Of a DNA stretch of 33,680 nt, positions 1 through 8,990 are shown piece by piece; the stretch's first letter is position 1, and the number at the start of each line of letters is the position of its first letter. A program made the position numbers and the translations under genes. The notes beneath the pieces are model-generated. The model ran no database searches, had not been told where the DNA came from, and saw nothing but the letters and a program-made list of their open reading frames with translations. The DNA is taken from NCBI GenBank assembly GCA_031425655.1, contig JANPJS010000280.1, positions 1-33,680 of the forward strand, read 5' to 3'. The DNA is from Abditibacteriaceae bacterium (GTDB lineage: Bacteria > Armatimonadota > Abditibacteriia > Abditibacteriales > Abditibacteriaceae).

Positions 1-701
1 GTCCATTGGCGCAAATAAGTGTCGGTGAGGCGCACCCATTTGACGTGTCCGTCCACGTAAACCACGTTGAAAGCGTAAGAATTGAAATCGTTTTGGTCGC
101 AGCCGGTGTGCCGAAATCCGTTGACGCGGCCTCCCAGCGATTGCAGAGTATCGCCCGCATTGGGAATCTGGCGTCCGATGGATTCTGAGTTAGCACCGGC
201 ATCCTGCCGCCCGTCTTCGGCCAGCATGATGGTGCCGGAAGCATCTTCGATTTCCGCCAAAGCGCGGCTGGCCACGCCGAAATTGGCACCTGACGACGAC
301 GGCGACACGTAGCCGTAAGAATAAGTCGTGATGTCGAACGATTGCCCACCGGGATAAAGGGACAGCCTCGCGCCGGTTTTGTTGGGACAATCGTAAGCCT
401 GCATAGATTTGACGTAAGAATAAATCACGTCGCCCCAGCGCGGCCCGTCGGCCCCGCCATAGCCCATGCTGCCCTGAAAGCCGCCGCCCTGACTGAAAGG
501 CGGCAGATATTCGTCGTAATCCTGCGTATATTGCGTGATACCGAGTCCGAGTTGCCGGAAATTGTTGGCGCACGACGAGCGTCGCGCGTTCTCACGGGCG
601 CGGCTAAAAGCCGGAAAAAGAATGGCCGCGAGCAAAGCGATTATCGCTATGACGACCAAAAGCTCGATCAGCGTGAACGCGCGGCGAGTAATTCTTTTCA
701 T
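1..701 (-). CDS. Prepilin-type N-terminal cleavage/methylation, DUF1559 / H-X9-DG domain protein (3' end runs off the window)
   Basis: Not in the ORF track because there is no stop in the window. Manual translation from ATG 701: [64 protein letters not shown]...[13 protein letters not shown]. Alternative in-frame ATG at 719. Confidence 0.92.
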   Translation of the reverse strand, partial: MKRITRRAFTLIELLVVIAIIALLAAILFPAFSRARENARRSSCANNFRQLGLGITQYTQDYDEYLPPFSQGGGFQGSMGYGGADGPRWGDVIYSYVKSMQAYDCPNKTGARLSLYPGGQSFDITTYSYGYVSPSSSGANFGVASRALAEIEDASGTIMLAEDGRQDAGANSESIGRQIPNAGDTLQSLGGRVNGFRHTGCDQNDFNSYAFNVVYVDGHVKWVRLTDTYLRQW

Positions 702-792
702 AAAAGTGCCTGTTCGCATAAAGCGAGTCTTGAGAATATCGGCGTTGCGACCGTTTATAAAATATATGTTCGCTCATTGAACAAACCGAACG

Positions 793-825
793 CAAAAGGC
801 GCAGAGAAAAACTCTGCGCCTTTTG
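793..825. terminator. Intrinsic terminator-like hairpin
   Basis: CAAAAGGCGCAGAG / CTCTGCGCCTTTTG, perfect 14-bp stem with A/T tracts, downstream of the 882 stop. Confidence 0.7.
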
Positions 826-881
826 TGATGAAACTGCTGCCCTGAGTTGTTACCTAATTCAGGTGATAAACGCAACTGGGG

Positions 882-2429
882 TTACTTGTTGTTAATTGTC
901 ACGCCGGGCCAGTCGTCGGTGCGAAACGGCACGGCGGGAAAGCCGGCGGCGTTGTAAATCGTCGCTTTGGGGTTGTCGGCCCAGCCGTAGCGAACCGCGA
1001 CGGGAGCCGCGATGTCGTTGTGCCAAACGATAATCTCGTCGCCTTTAATTTCAGCGTTGGCCCATTTCCACTTTTTGTCTTCGCCCGCGATAGCGAAGCC
1101 GGGAATCAGTTCGGCGTCCGGTGCGCGGCTGGTCAGGCCGGCGGCGTGCGTGAATTTGAGGCGGATTTTGTTGCCCTCTTTGGTCATCGCCGAATAAACC
1201 GGGCCGGAGTATTCGATTTTCTGGCCGTAAGTTTGAGCCAGCGCGGCAGCGGCCAAGCGCAGGCCGACATCGAGCTTGTTTTTCGGGTGAATGTCTTTTT
1301 CTTCGCCGATGTCAATGGCCAAACCTTGTCCGTTGCCGGGCATATTGGCCGTCAGGGTTTGCGCTTCGCGGAGTTCGGCCCAATCGCTGTCGCCCGGTTC
1401 GGGTTTTTCCGCTTTAAAATTCGCCAGTTGCACGATATAAAAGCCGAAATCCTGCGGCTTTTCGATATTCCATGCTTTGCGCCAATCGGCGATCATGGCC
1501 GGCAACAGCTTGCGATATTGATAAGCGCGTCCGGCGTTGCTTTCGCCTTGATACCAGATGGCGCCCTTCATGGCGTAAGGCACAAGCGGCGCCAGCATGG
1601 CGTTGTATAAATTCGCGGGACGATGCGGGCTGGTGACGCCCCCGTCGGGCGCGCGTGGCTTTTGCGGTTCGGGCTTGCCTTCGGCTTTGGCTTTGTCCGC
1701 ATCAGCCTGCCACTTGACCAGCGTTTCATTTTTATATTTTTCCATCGCGGCGGGATGAGCGGCGATGCGTTTTTCCCAGCCTTCGAGCATTGGTTTGAAA
1801 TCGGCTTCGGCTTGCAACTGCGGCAGGCTTGTCCACGCTTCGGCGGGCGTGCCGCCCCACGACGAGTGAACTAATCCGACCGGCACGTTCAGCTTTTTAC
1901 GCAGTTCGCGCGCGAAAAAATAGCCGACGGCAGAGAATCCGCCCGATGTCGTCGGCCCGGCGACTTGCCAGTTGCCTTTGACATCGGTTTGCGGCGTGTC
2001 GGCAACCGCTTTGGTGACGTTGAACGAGCGCAGCAGCGGGTCGCTCGATTCGGCGATGGCGGCTTGCGCGTTTCCAGCGCTACTCAACTTCCACTCCATG
2101 TTCGACTGGCCCGACGCCAGCCACACCTCGCCGACCGCGACGTTGTTGATCTTAATTTCGTTGTTGCCGTTGATTTGCAGCGTCGTGCCCGCGTGGACAT
2201 CCAGAGGATCAAGCTTGACCATCCAACGCCCACCGGCGCTCGTCGTCGCTTCCTTCGACTGGTTGAAAACCTTGACGGTCACTTTTTCGCCGGGGGCCGC
2301 TTCGCCCCAAATCGGCACGTTTACGCCGCGCTGCAACACCATGTTGTCGCCGAACAGCGACGGCATTTTTACATCGGCGCGGGCCACAATGGGCGCTAAA
2401 ACCAATCCCAAAATCAAAATACGTTTCAT
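882..2429 (-). CDS. Sialate O-acetylesterase (SASA/DUF303) family, secreted
   Basis: Signal peptide; motifs FGDNMVLQR, GEVWLASGQSNME, WGGTPAEAW, IWYQGESNA, DIHPKNK. Confidence 0.92.
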   Translation of the reverse strand: MKRILILGLVLAPIVARADVKMPSLFGDNMVLQRGVNVPIWGEAAPGEKVTVKVFNQSKEATTSAGGRWMVKLDPLDVHAGTTLQINGNNEIKINNVAVGEVWLASGQSNMEWKLSSAGNAQAAIAESSDPLLRSFNVTKAVADTPQTDVKGNWQVAGPTTSGGFSAVGYFFARELRKKLNVPVGLVHSSWGGTPAEAWTSLPQLQAEADFKPMLEGWEKRIAAHPAAMEKYKNETLVKWQADADKAKAEGKPEPQKPRAPDGGVTSPHRPANLYNAMLAPLVPYAMKGAIWYQGESNAGRAYQYRKLLPAMIADWRKAWNIEKPQDFGFYIVQLANFKAEKPEPGDSDWAELREAQTLTANMPGNGQGLAIDIGEEKDIHPKNKLDVGLRLAAAALAQTYGQKIEYSGPVYSAMTKEGNKIRLKFTHAAGLTSRAPDAELIPGFAIAGEDKKWKWANAEIKGDEIIVWHNDIAAPVAVRYGWADNPKATIYNAAGFPAVPFRTDDWPGVTINNK

Positions 2430-2444
2430 AAAATTCCTTTTTCA

Positions 2445-2548
2445 ACCACGGAAAGCGCAGAAGACACAAAAAAACATACAAAAATTATCTGGACGGCCCG
2501 TCACTGAATTTTCGTGACTTCTTTTGTGCCTTCTGTGCTTTTTGTGGT
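2445..2548. repeat. Intergenic inverted array of ~9-bp CACRRA units (imperfect 42-bp arms)
   Basis: ACCACGGAAAGCGCAGAAGACACAAAA... (2445-2486) pairs with ...TTTTGTGCCTTCTGTGCTTTTTGTGGT (2507-2548). Confidence 0.8.
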
Positions 2549-2569
2549 CATTGATTTTTGTTTGACAAG

Positions 2570-3916
2570 TTAGGCCACTGTCTGCGGCGCTTCGTTCGGC
2601 GATTTGCCATCGGGATCGTTAATTTGCGCGCCGGAGGGCGCCGAAACCGCGCCGCGCAGCAGAGGATCGTCGGTTTCGTGCATCCAGTTGTCCAGACGCC
2701 AGCGCATCTCTTCCAGAGCGTTGGCGGCCAATGGATTTTCCGTCGCAGCGGCTAAATTATTCATTTCCTGCGGCTCGAACCACAAATCGAAAAGCTGCTC
2801 GTCGGCAATCGCGCGCTCGGCCCAACCGCGCTCTAAAAGCCAGGTTTTGGTCGGACTGTCGTCGCAATTGGGCAGCGCAACGCGGTTTCGCTTGTCGAAG
2901 CGGCGAATATATTTCCAGCGCGGCGTGCGCACGCATCGCTGGGCTTCATAAGCCGCGTGATAGGTGACTTCGGCGAAAATCGCATCGTTGACTTGGCTTG
3001 CCGATTGGGAAATAACCGGCAGCAGCGAGCGGCCTTGCAGCCACTTGGGTTTGGCGATTTCGAGCCAGTCGCACAGCGTCGGAAAAATATCAATTTGCGA
3101 AACCAGAGCATCGCAAACCATGCCTGCGGGAATTTGCGGCCCGCAAAGCATCAGCATCACGCCGATGCCCCGGTCGGTGAGATTGCACTTCATGCCGGGA
3201 AAAGCGAGGCCGTGGTCGGTGGTGCAAATGATAATCGTGTTTTCGGTGAGATGATTGCGCTCAAGGGCTTCTAAAACCACACCGATTTTGGCATCCAAAA
3301 TTTCAGCGGCTTGGGCATAATCGGCGAAATCGGCGCGCGTGGTTTCATTGTCCGGGAGGTGCGGCGGAATAGAAACATAGCGGCCATCGCCGCGCGAAAC
3401 TGGCTTTCCATCGCTTTCGCGGTTGAAATGCGGGCCGAAACGATGCGTTTCAGCAAAGCCGACATCGAGAAAGAACGGCTGAGACGGCGCGTTGTCGAGA
3501 AACGCAGCGGCTTCGATTTCGGCACGGTTGGGTTTGGCAATTACGACGTCGTAGCCGGTTTTCCCGACATCGGCGCTCGCGGCAACGTGTTGCATTCCGG
3601 TCAGCACCGAAAAATAGCCGGCGCCTTTGAGCGTGTGCGCGAGATGCTGCGCCGGCTCGTGTAGCGCAAAACCGCGATGCGCCAAACCCATCATGCCCGA
3701 CGAGTGCGGCGCCTGCCCGGTCAGCAGCGCGGCGCGGCTGGGCGAACACGTCGGCGCGGCGCTAAAAGCCCCGCGAAACAACACGCCGCTTTCGGCCAAT
3801 TTTTGCAAATTCGGCGTGACGAGAGCGTGGCCATAAGGCGACACGAAGCGACCGGTGTCATGCGAATGGACATAAACGATGTTGGGACGCGAAGCGGAAC
3901 CGGGCATGATTTCCAT
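2570..3916 (-). CDS. Formylglycine-dependent sulfatase (N-sulfoglucosamine sulfohydrolase-like)
   Basis: CSPSRAALLTG (CxPxR) motif, TTDHG, LVSQIDIFPT; SD GAGGTG upstream. Confidence 0.92.
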   Translation of the reverse strand: MEIMPGSASRPNIVYVHSHDTGRFVSPYGHALVTPNLQKLAESGVLFRGAFSAAPTCSPSRAALLTGQAPHSSGMMGLAHRGFALHEPAQHLAHTLKGAGYFSVLTGMQHVAASADVGKTGYDVVIAKPNRAEIEAAAFLDNAPSQPFFLDVGFAETHRFGPHFNRESDGKPVSRGDGRYVSIPPHLPDNETTRADFADYAQAAEILDAKIGVVLEALERNHLTENTIIICTTDHGLAFPGMKCNLTDRGIGVMLMLCGPQIPAGMVCDALVSQIDIFPTLCDWLEIAKPKWLQGRSLLPVISQSASQVNDAIFAEVTYHAAYEAQRCVRTPRWKYIRRFDKRNRVALPNCDDSPTKTWLLERGWAERAIADEQLFDLWFEPQEMNNLAAATENPLAANALEEMRWRLDNWMHETDDPLLRGAVSAPSGAQINDPDGKSPNEAPQTVA

Positions 3917-3967
3917 TAATTCACCTCACGCAGTGGAGTGTGCTAAGCAGGCAAATTCAAGCAGCGC

Positions 3968-3996
3968 TGTCATTCTGAATCCTGCCCAGAATGACA
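3968..3996. repeat. Short GTCATTCTG...CAGAATGAC palindromic element
   Basis: TGTCATTCTG / CAGAATGACA, perfect 10-bp stem, intergenic. Confidence 0.5.
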
Positions 3997-4038
3997 ACTC
4001 TTACCTCTCCCAAGAACCGATCTTTTATTGAGCTATTC

Positions 4039-5325
4039 TCAATTCGGCAACAAATCACCGATGAGCATAATGCCGCCGACGCGCATCGCGGTGCCGTCGT
4101 AGCGTTTCGGGTCGAAGCCGGGTTTGACTTTTTCGACATTCGTTACGATAGAGCGGTCGGGCTGTTCGGGCAGAATTTCGACGCTGACGGTGTGTTCGGT
4201 ATCCGGCAGATTCTCGGCAATCCACAGCGTCGCCAAGCGGTGATAGCTGGAATAACTGTCGAAGCGTTGCGCGCTGGATTCTTTGCCGTCCAGCGTGATT
4301 TTGACTTTGGCGCCGTCGGGGCCGAGCAAATCGTAGAGTTTCACGGCTGTGCCTTTGAAACGAAACGTCAGTTTTCCGCCCGGCTGCGTGGCTTCCCACA
4401 TTTCCGGCATCCGATTGAAAAAGCCTTTAAACGGCGAAGCAGCATCCAACTTTTTCCAGCCGGGCGAAAGCATCGCTTGCTGAAGAGGAACGATTTTGGC
4501 GTTTTCCCAGTTGTCAGTTTGCAGCGGTGCTTTCAATTCGTGCGTGCCGGTTTTGGCGTTTGGCATCATCAATTTGATGGCATCGGCGACGACATCGGCG
4601 TAAATCTGGTGCGCGGCATCCAGTGGATGCACGCCGTCGGTGGAGAATAAAACGATGCCTTCGGGCGCGGGTTTATCTTTGCCGTCGGCGTCTTTTTCCG
4701 GCACGTAAATCAGCGTTCCAGCTTCGGCCATTTGCGTCATTTTCAGCGCGACGCTAATCGAAGGAATGTTGTAGTAATCGCCTAATTTTTCCATCGCCGA
4801 AGCCGAACGAGGGTGCAGTCCCTTTTTTAAATCGTCCTTCATTCCGGCGTGCAGCGTGTAAACGAAAGCGATGTCAGTTTCGGGATTGGCTTTCCACGTT
4901 TGGCGCACGATGCCTTCCATGCCGCGCCAGATATTTTCGGGCGAAGCGCCGCCATCGTTGACGGCGAACTCGACAAACACCAAATCCGGCTTGAAATTCA
5001 GCACATCCTGCTGATTGCGATACACGCCCAAATCGGAACCGGTGCCGCCTATCGCCGCGTTGATTTCGCTGATTTTCGCATTTGGCCACGTTTGTTGAAA
5101 CCATTTCAGCGATTTAGGCCGCCAGCCGCTCGCCGCCGTGATACTGCCGCCGAAATACGCGATTTTCACGTCTTTTCCGGCGTTTAATTTCGTGACAACA
5201 TTGCCGATTCCGCCGCGCGGCTTGAACAGCGCCGCCGGCACGAGAGGAAAATTATTTTGCGCCGAAGCGCCGTCCGGTGCCAGAAACACGCTCATAGCAA
5301 GGCCGCCTAAAATCCATTTATTCAT
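4039..5325 (-). CDS. SGNH/GDSL hydrolase family protein, secreted
   Basis: Blocks FGGSITA, GGTGS, VEFAVND, DGVHP; signal peptide. Confidence 0.9.
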   Translation of the reverse strand: MNKWILGGLAMSVFLAPDGASAQNNFPLVPAALFKPRGGIGNVVTKLNAGKDVKIAYFGGSITAASGWRPKSLKWFQQTWPNAKISEINAAIGGTGSDLGVYRNQQDVLNFKPDLVFVEFAVNDGGASPENIWRGMEGIVRQTWKANPETDIAFVYTLHAGMKDDLKKGLHPRSASAMEKLGDYYNIPSISVALKMTQMAEAGTLIYVPEKDADGKDKPAPEGIVLFSTDGVHPLDAAHQIYADVVADAIKLMMPNAKTGTHELKAPLQTDNWENAKIVPLQQAMLSPGWKKLDAASPFKGFFNRMPEMWEATQPGGKLTFRFKGTAVKLYDLLGPDGAKVKITLDGKESSAQRFDSYSSYHRLATLWIAENLPDTEHTVSVEILPEQPDRSIVTNVEKVKPGFDPKRYDGTAMRVGGIMLIGDLLPN

Positions 5326-5512
5326 CGTTTCCCTTTTTGCGACGAAAAGTCTTGCATATCATCAATCCCACGACCATCCCTCCTATACTTTGGATGAAAG
5401 CATCCAAAACCTTGCTATGATGTGGAAACTTGATGTCTATCAACATTGCCAACATAACAACAGCTAAAAAACTCAGCAGAATGACAGAAATATCTATTGT
5501 TTTTTGGCTCAT
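5318..5512 (-). CDS. Small two-TM membrane protein, AT-rich
   Basis: Fills the gap between the permease and the SGNH gene; AGGA upstream of ATG 5512 (alternative GTG 5521); stop overlaps the start of the SGNH gene; two hydrophobic segments. Confidence 0.55.
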   Translation of the reverse strand: MSQKTIDISVILLSFLAVVMLAMLIDIKFPHHSKVLDAFIQSIGGMVVGLMICKTFRRKKGNDE

Positions 5513-5535
5513 GACTCTCACATCCTACCGTCCCA

Positions 5536-6366
5536 TTAACCCTTCACCGCGCCGGCGGTTAATCCGGCGATGAACTCTTTTTGCAAGAGCAAAAACAGCG
5601 CGATGACCGGCACAATTGAAAGCAGCGTGCCCGCCATCAGGGCGCCGTATTGCTGGTTTTGCGGCGTGATTAAGCCGTTCAGACCAATCGGCAGCGTGAA
5701 GTTTTTGCTCGAATGCAGCACGATTTGCGGCCATAAAAAGCTGTTCCACGCGCCCATGAACGAGATTAAACAAAACGCGCCGATCATAGGCCGCGAAACC
5801 GGCATCACCACGTCCCAATAGATGCGAAATTCGCTGGCGCCGTCAATGCGCGCGGCGTGCAGCATTTCGTCGGGCACTTGCATAATCGCCTGTCGAAACA
5901 GGAAAATGCCGAACACGCTGATCGCGCCGGGGATGATTAAGCCCCATTTACTATCCATCAGGCCCAGGCGGTAAATCTGCTGATAAAGCGGCGCCATCAG
6001 CACCTGGCTGGGAATCATCACGGTCATCAGCATCAAAACCGTGATGAGGTTTTTGCCCTTGAATTGAAACTTCGCAAGGGCGTGACCGGCCAGCGATGAA
6101 AAGAAAAGCTGCACGACAACAATCGTGCTGGTGACGAAGGCACTGTTAAGCACATAAAGCGCGAAGTCGAAATTCGGCAGCGTGAAGAGCGTGCGGAAGT
6201 TGTCCAGCGTCGGGCGCGGCGAAAAGAAAGAATAGCTGAACAAATCGTCGGGCGTTTTGGTCGTCGCCGCCACGAGCCAGACGAGCGGCATCATCACGAG
6301 CAACGCGAGCAAAATCAGCACGAGGAGAACTGCGCCGCGTCCGAAAAGAGAAGGTTTAGCTTTCAT
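5536..6366 (-). CDS. Carbohydrate ABC transporter permease (MalG-like)
   Basis: EAA-like loop DEMLHAARIDGASEFRIY, WNSFLWP, C-terminal GLTAGAVKG. ATG 6366; the ORF-track TTG start lies inside a repeat. Confidence 0.92.
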   Translation of the reverse strand: MKAKPSLFGRGAVLLVLILLALLVMMPLVWLVAATTKTPDDLFSYSFFSPRPTLDNFRTLFTLPNFDFALYVLNSAFVTSTIVVVQLFFSSLAGHALAKFQFKGKNLITVLMLMTVMIPSQVLMAPLYQQIYRLGLMDSKWGLIIPGAISVFGIFLFRQAIMQVPDEMLHAARIDGASEFRIYWDVVMPVSRPMIGAFCLISFMGAWNSFLWPQIVLHSSKNFTLPIGLNGLITPQNQQYGALMAGTLLSIVPVIALFLLLQKEFIAGLTAGAVKG

Positions 6367-6373
6367 GTTTATT

Positions 6374-6511
6374 ACTTTCAATGGAACACGGAGCCTTCGG
6401 CTTCACGGAAACGGCAGGGATTGACACGGATTTCTCTGAGATTTTTTGGATTAATCTGCGTAAATCCCTGCCGTTTCCGTGAAGCCGAAGGCTCCGTGTT
6501 CCATTGAAAGT
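6374..6511. repeat. Long inverted-repeat element, CACGGA family with internal mini-hairpin (59-bp arms)
   Basis: 6374-6432 vs 6453-6511: first 49 bp perfect, 3 mismatches near the loop; homologous to 27415-27600 and 33611-33680. Confidence 0.92.
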
Positions 6512-6517
6512 TCATCG

Positions 6518-7417
6518 TCATTCTGCTTTCATCGCTCCGGTCAGGCGCAGTTGCAGCAGGCTAATCAGCAACACGATGCACGCCAGCGTCCAACCGACGG
6601 TCGAGGCGTAACCTAAATCGCCGCTCACGAAGCCGGTTCGATACAGATACATTACGACCGTGAGGCCCGCATTATTCGGCCCCGAAGTCTGGCCGAGCAT
6701 GATATAAGGCAGCTCGAAAAGCTGAAAAGAGCCGATAGTGCTGGTCAGAACCGTAAAAATCAGCACCGGCTTGATGCCGGGCAAAGTCACGGCGCGAAAC
6801 TGCTGCACGCCGCTTGCGCCGTCCACCTGCGCCGCTTCGTAAAGGTCTTTATCCACCGCTTGCAGCGCCGCCAAAAAGTAGATCATGTGATAACCGGCGT
6901 AAAGCCATAATCCGGTTAAAACCAGAGTCGGCATCACCAGCTTTTGATCGTTGAGAAATTTGGTATCCAGCGGAAAATGCGCGGGCGAAAGCCCATTTAA
7001 AACATTCACGACGATGCCGTCTTTGGGCACCAGCAAAACCGAAAACAGCACGCCAACGAACACGCTGCCGACAAGCTGCGGCGAGAAAAACGCGAGACGA
7101 AAAAAGTCGCGCCCTTTGACCCATTTTTGCGAGAGCAGAATCGCAAGGCCAAGCGCAATCGGCAACTGCAAAAGCAGTGACCACAACGCAAAGGTCGCGG
7201 TATTTTTGACGGCTATCCAGAAATCGGAATCGCGCAGCAAAAACTCAAAATTCGCGCCGCCGACGTAAACCGAATTTCTCGGCCCCGCCGTGACGTAAAA
7301 GGCCAGCATCAGGCTTTTGACAATCGGCCACGCTTGAAAAACGGCGAACAAAACCAAAAACGGCGCCACGAATAAATACGGCGCGAGTTTGTGTTGTAGG
7401 CGGTGCCAGTTAGTCAT
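6518..7417 (-). CDS. Carbohydrate ABC transporter permease (MalF-like)
   Basis: LYEAAQVDGA EAA motif, TLPGIKP, GYAST; ATG 7417. Confidence 0.92.
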   Translation of the reverse strand: MTNWHRLQHKLAPYLFVAPFLVLFAVFQAWPIVKSLMLAFYVTAGPRNSVYVGGANFEFLLRDSDFWIAVKNTATFALWSLLLQLPIALGLAILLSQKWVKGRDFFRLAFFSPQLVGSVFVGVLFSVLLVPKDGIVVNVLNGLSPAHFPLDTKFLNDQKLVMPTLVLTGLWLYAGYHMIYFLAALQAVDKDLYEAAQVDGASGVQQFRAVTLPGIKPVLIFTVLTSTIGSFQLFELPYIMLGQTSGPNNAGLTVVMYLYRTGFVSGDLGYASTVGWTLACIVLLISLLQLRLTGAMKAE

Positions 7418-7424
7418 AATTTTC

Positions 7425-7558
7425 AACCACGGATAAACGCGGATTCACACGGATAATTTTAAATTTGGTAATGACTCAAAGGAGTGAGTTTTTGGAGGCG
7501 GGGCCACTACCTTCAATTCATCAAAACCATCTGTGTGAATCCGCGTTTATCCGTGGTT
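7425..7558. repeat. Inverted array of 10-bp CRCGGAT units (30-bp arms)
   Basis: AACCACGGATAAACGCGGATTCACACGGAT / ATCTGTGTGAATCCGCGTTTATCCGTGGTT, 1 mismatch; overlaps the binding-protein stop codon. Confidence 0.9.
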
Positions 7559-8909
7559 AATACGGATTGCGTTTAATTAAAGCTCGCAGTTCGTCGGCGC
7601 TGCGTTTGAGGCGGGCGCGCACGTAAGGCTCGAAACCGTCGGCGCCGTCGGCTTTGTATTTCGAGACACAATCTACGAGTGCCTCGCCCATTTTGGCTTT
7701 CGATTGCGCGATAAACGGGCTGGTGTTTTGCGGCGGCACATCGGCGGCGAGGCTGGAATAAAGCTCGCCGATAGGTTGGCCGCTCCAGAACGGACGCGGT
7801 TCGGCGAAGGCGGGCTGCTTCCACGCCGAACGCAGGGCCGGCAAGATGTTGGTATCGCGGAAACGCTGGCCGAGTTCGGCCTTGTCGAGATATAACTGCA
7901 ACGCCAATTCCCACGCCAAATCGGGGTTTTTGCAGCGTTTGGTGATGCCGAGCATGGTTCCGCCCCAGGTGCTGGTGCGTCTGCCGCCGGGCGTGACTGC
8001 CGGGAGCGCCATCAGCTTCATTTTGCCTTCCATGTGGCCGATGGTTTTTTCGATGGTTTTCGAGCGCCAATCCGGGCAGATTAAACATAAAAAGTAGCCG
8101 TCTTCGACCGCTTTGGTGAGAATCTGCCCGCCCGCTAAGTTGCTGGCGATTTTCTTCGGCCCGGCCACGAGCGGCACGAACCACAGCATGGTTTGCACGC
8201 CGATTTCGTTGTCGAAAATCACATTACCCTGCGTGTCGAAATGCCCGCCGCCGCGCTGAAACAAGCACGGCTCGAAGTGCGCCGAGCGGCCATCTTCCAA
8301 TTCCATCATGTAACGCTTGTCGGGAATCGTTAATTGGCGCCCAACGGCGATGAAATCGTCCCAGGTTTTGATGGAATCCGCGTTCACGCCTTCTTTTTTG
8401 AAGATTTCGGCGTTGTAGGCGATTACGACGGGATGAACGTCGTGCGGCAGGCCGAAAATGCGGCCCCGACTGGTATATGGCGCGAAACGGCTTTGCACCA
8501 TGCCGTCCCATAATCCGGCCTTTTTGATGCGCTCAGTGAGGTCAACGAAGCCAATGTCTTCAACCGGCCCACGAAAATAGCTGCCCGCAGAATCAATCGG
8601 GATTTCGACCACGTCCGGCAAATCCACGCCGCTCCACATCGCGGCCTGCAATCGCTGCGTGACGGCGTTCCACGTCACTTTTTGCGGCTCGATTTTCACG
8701 CCCGGATGCGCTTTTTCAAAGGCCGGCCAAGCGCGTTGATAAGCGTCGAAATGCTCCGGCGCGAATGTCCAGAACTTGAGAGTTGTCGTGGTTTTCTGCC
8801 CGCGCGCGGCGAAGTAATCGCGCACTCCGAGATAGGCTTCCGCCGCGCCCGAAATCAGACACAAAAGCAGAATCCACAGTGCAGCGCGGCCAAAAGGGAA
8901 AGAACGCAT
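7557..8909 (-). CDS. Sugar ABC transporter substrate-binding protein
   Basis: N-terminal TM anchor; LKFWTF, PDVVEI, GLPHDVHP, WGGTMLGI. Likely start ATG 8909; the longer ORF is repeat-derived. Confidence 0.9.
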   Translation of the reverse strand: MRSFPFGRAALWILLLCLISGAAEAYLGVRDYFAARGQKTTTTLKFWTFAPEHFDAYQRAWPAFEKAHPGVKIEPQKVTWNAVTQRLQAAMWSGVDLPDVVEIPIDSAGSYFRGPVEDIGFVDLTERIKKAGLWDGMVQSRFAPYTSRGRIFGLPHDVHPVVIAYNAEIFKKEGVNADSIKTWDDFIAVGRQLTIPDKRYMMELEDGRSAHFEPCLFQRGGGHFDTQGNVIFDNEIGVQTMLWFVPLVAGPKKIASNLAGGQILTKAVEDGYFLCLICPDWRSKTIEKTIGHMEGKMKLMALPAVTPGGRRTSTWGGTMLGITKRCKNPDLAWELALQLYLDKAELGQRFRDTNILPALRSAWKQPAFAEPRPFWSGQPIGELYSSLAADVPPQNTSPFIAQSKAKMGEALVDCVSKYKADGADGFEPYVRARLKRSADELRALIKRNPY

Positions 8910-8911
8910 TT

Positions 8912-8990
8912 TTTTGAGTTTTGAGTTTTGAGTTTTGAGTTTTGAGTTGGGCAATGTCTCAACTCAAAATTCAAAACTTAAAACTCAAAA
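8912..8990. repeat. Inverted heptamer array (TTTTGAG)5 ... (CTCAAAA)4
   Basis: Fills the whole gap between the ATPase stop (8991) and the binding-protein ATG (8909). Confidence 0.92.

Noticed and set aside
767..783. TGTTC-N7-GAACA palindrome as a LexA or other operator site
   Set aside because: Single short palindrome that does not match a LexA spacing I can support; it could be chance.
604..795. 63-aa minus-strand ORF (and 190-573)
   Set aside because: Out-of-frame shadows of the DUF1559 gene, which reads openly from 701 to the window edge.
7455..7528. Remnant cargo gene inside the repeat loops (also 27469-27546)
   Set aside because: No convincing reading frame or motif in the loops.
8912..8990. 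Heptamer arrays as CRISPR arrays or phase-variable contingency repeats
   Set aside because: No unique spacers between 25-45-bp repeats and no cas genes. The arrays are short, paired as inverted arms and mostly intergenic.
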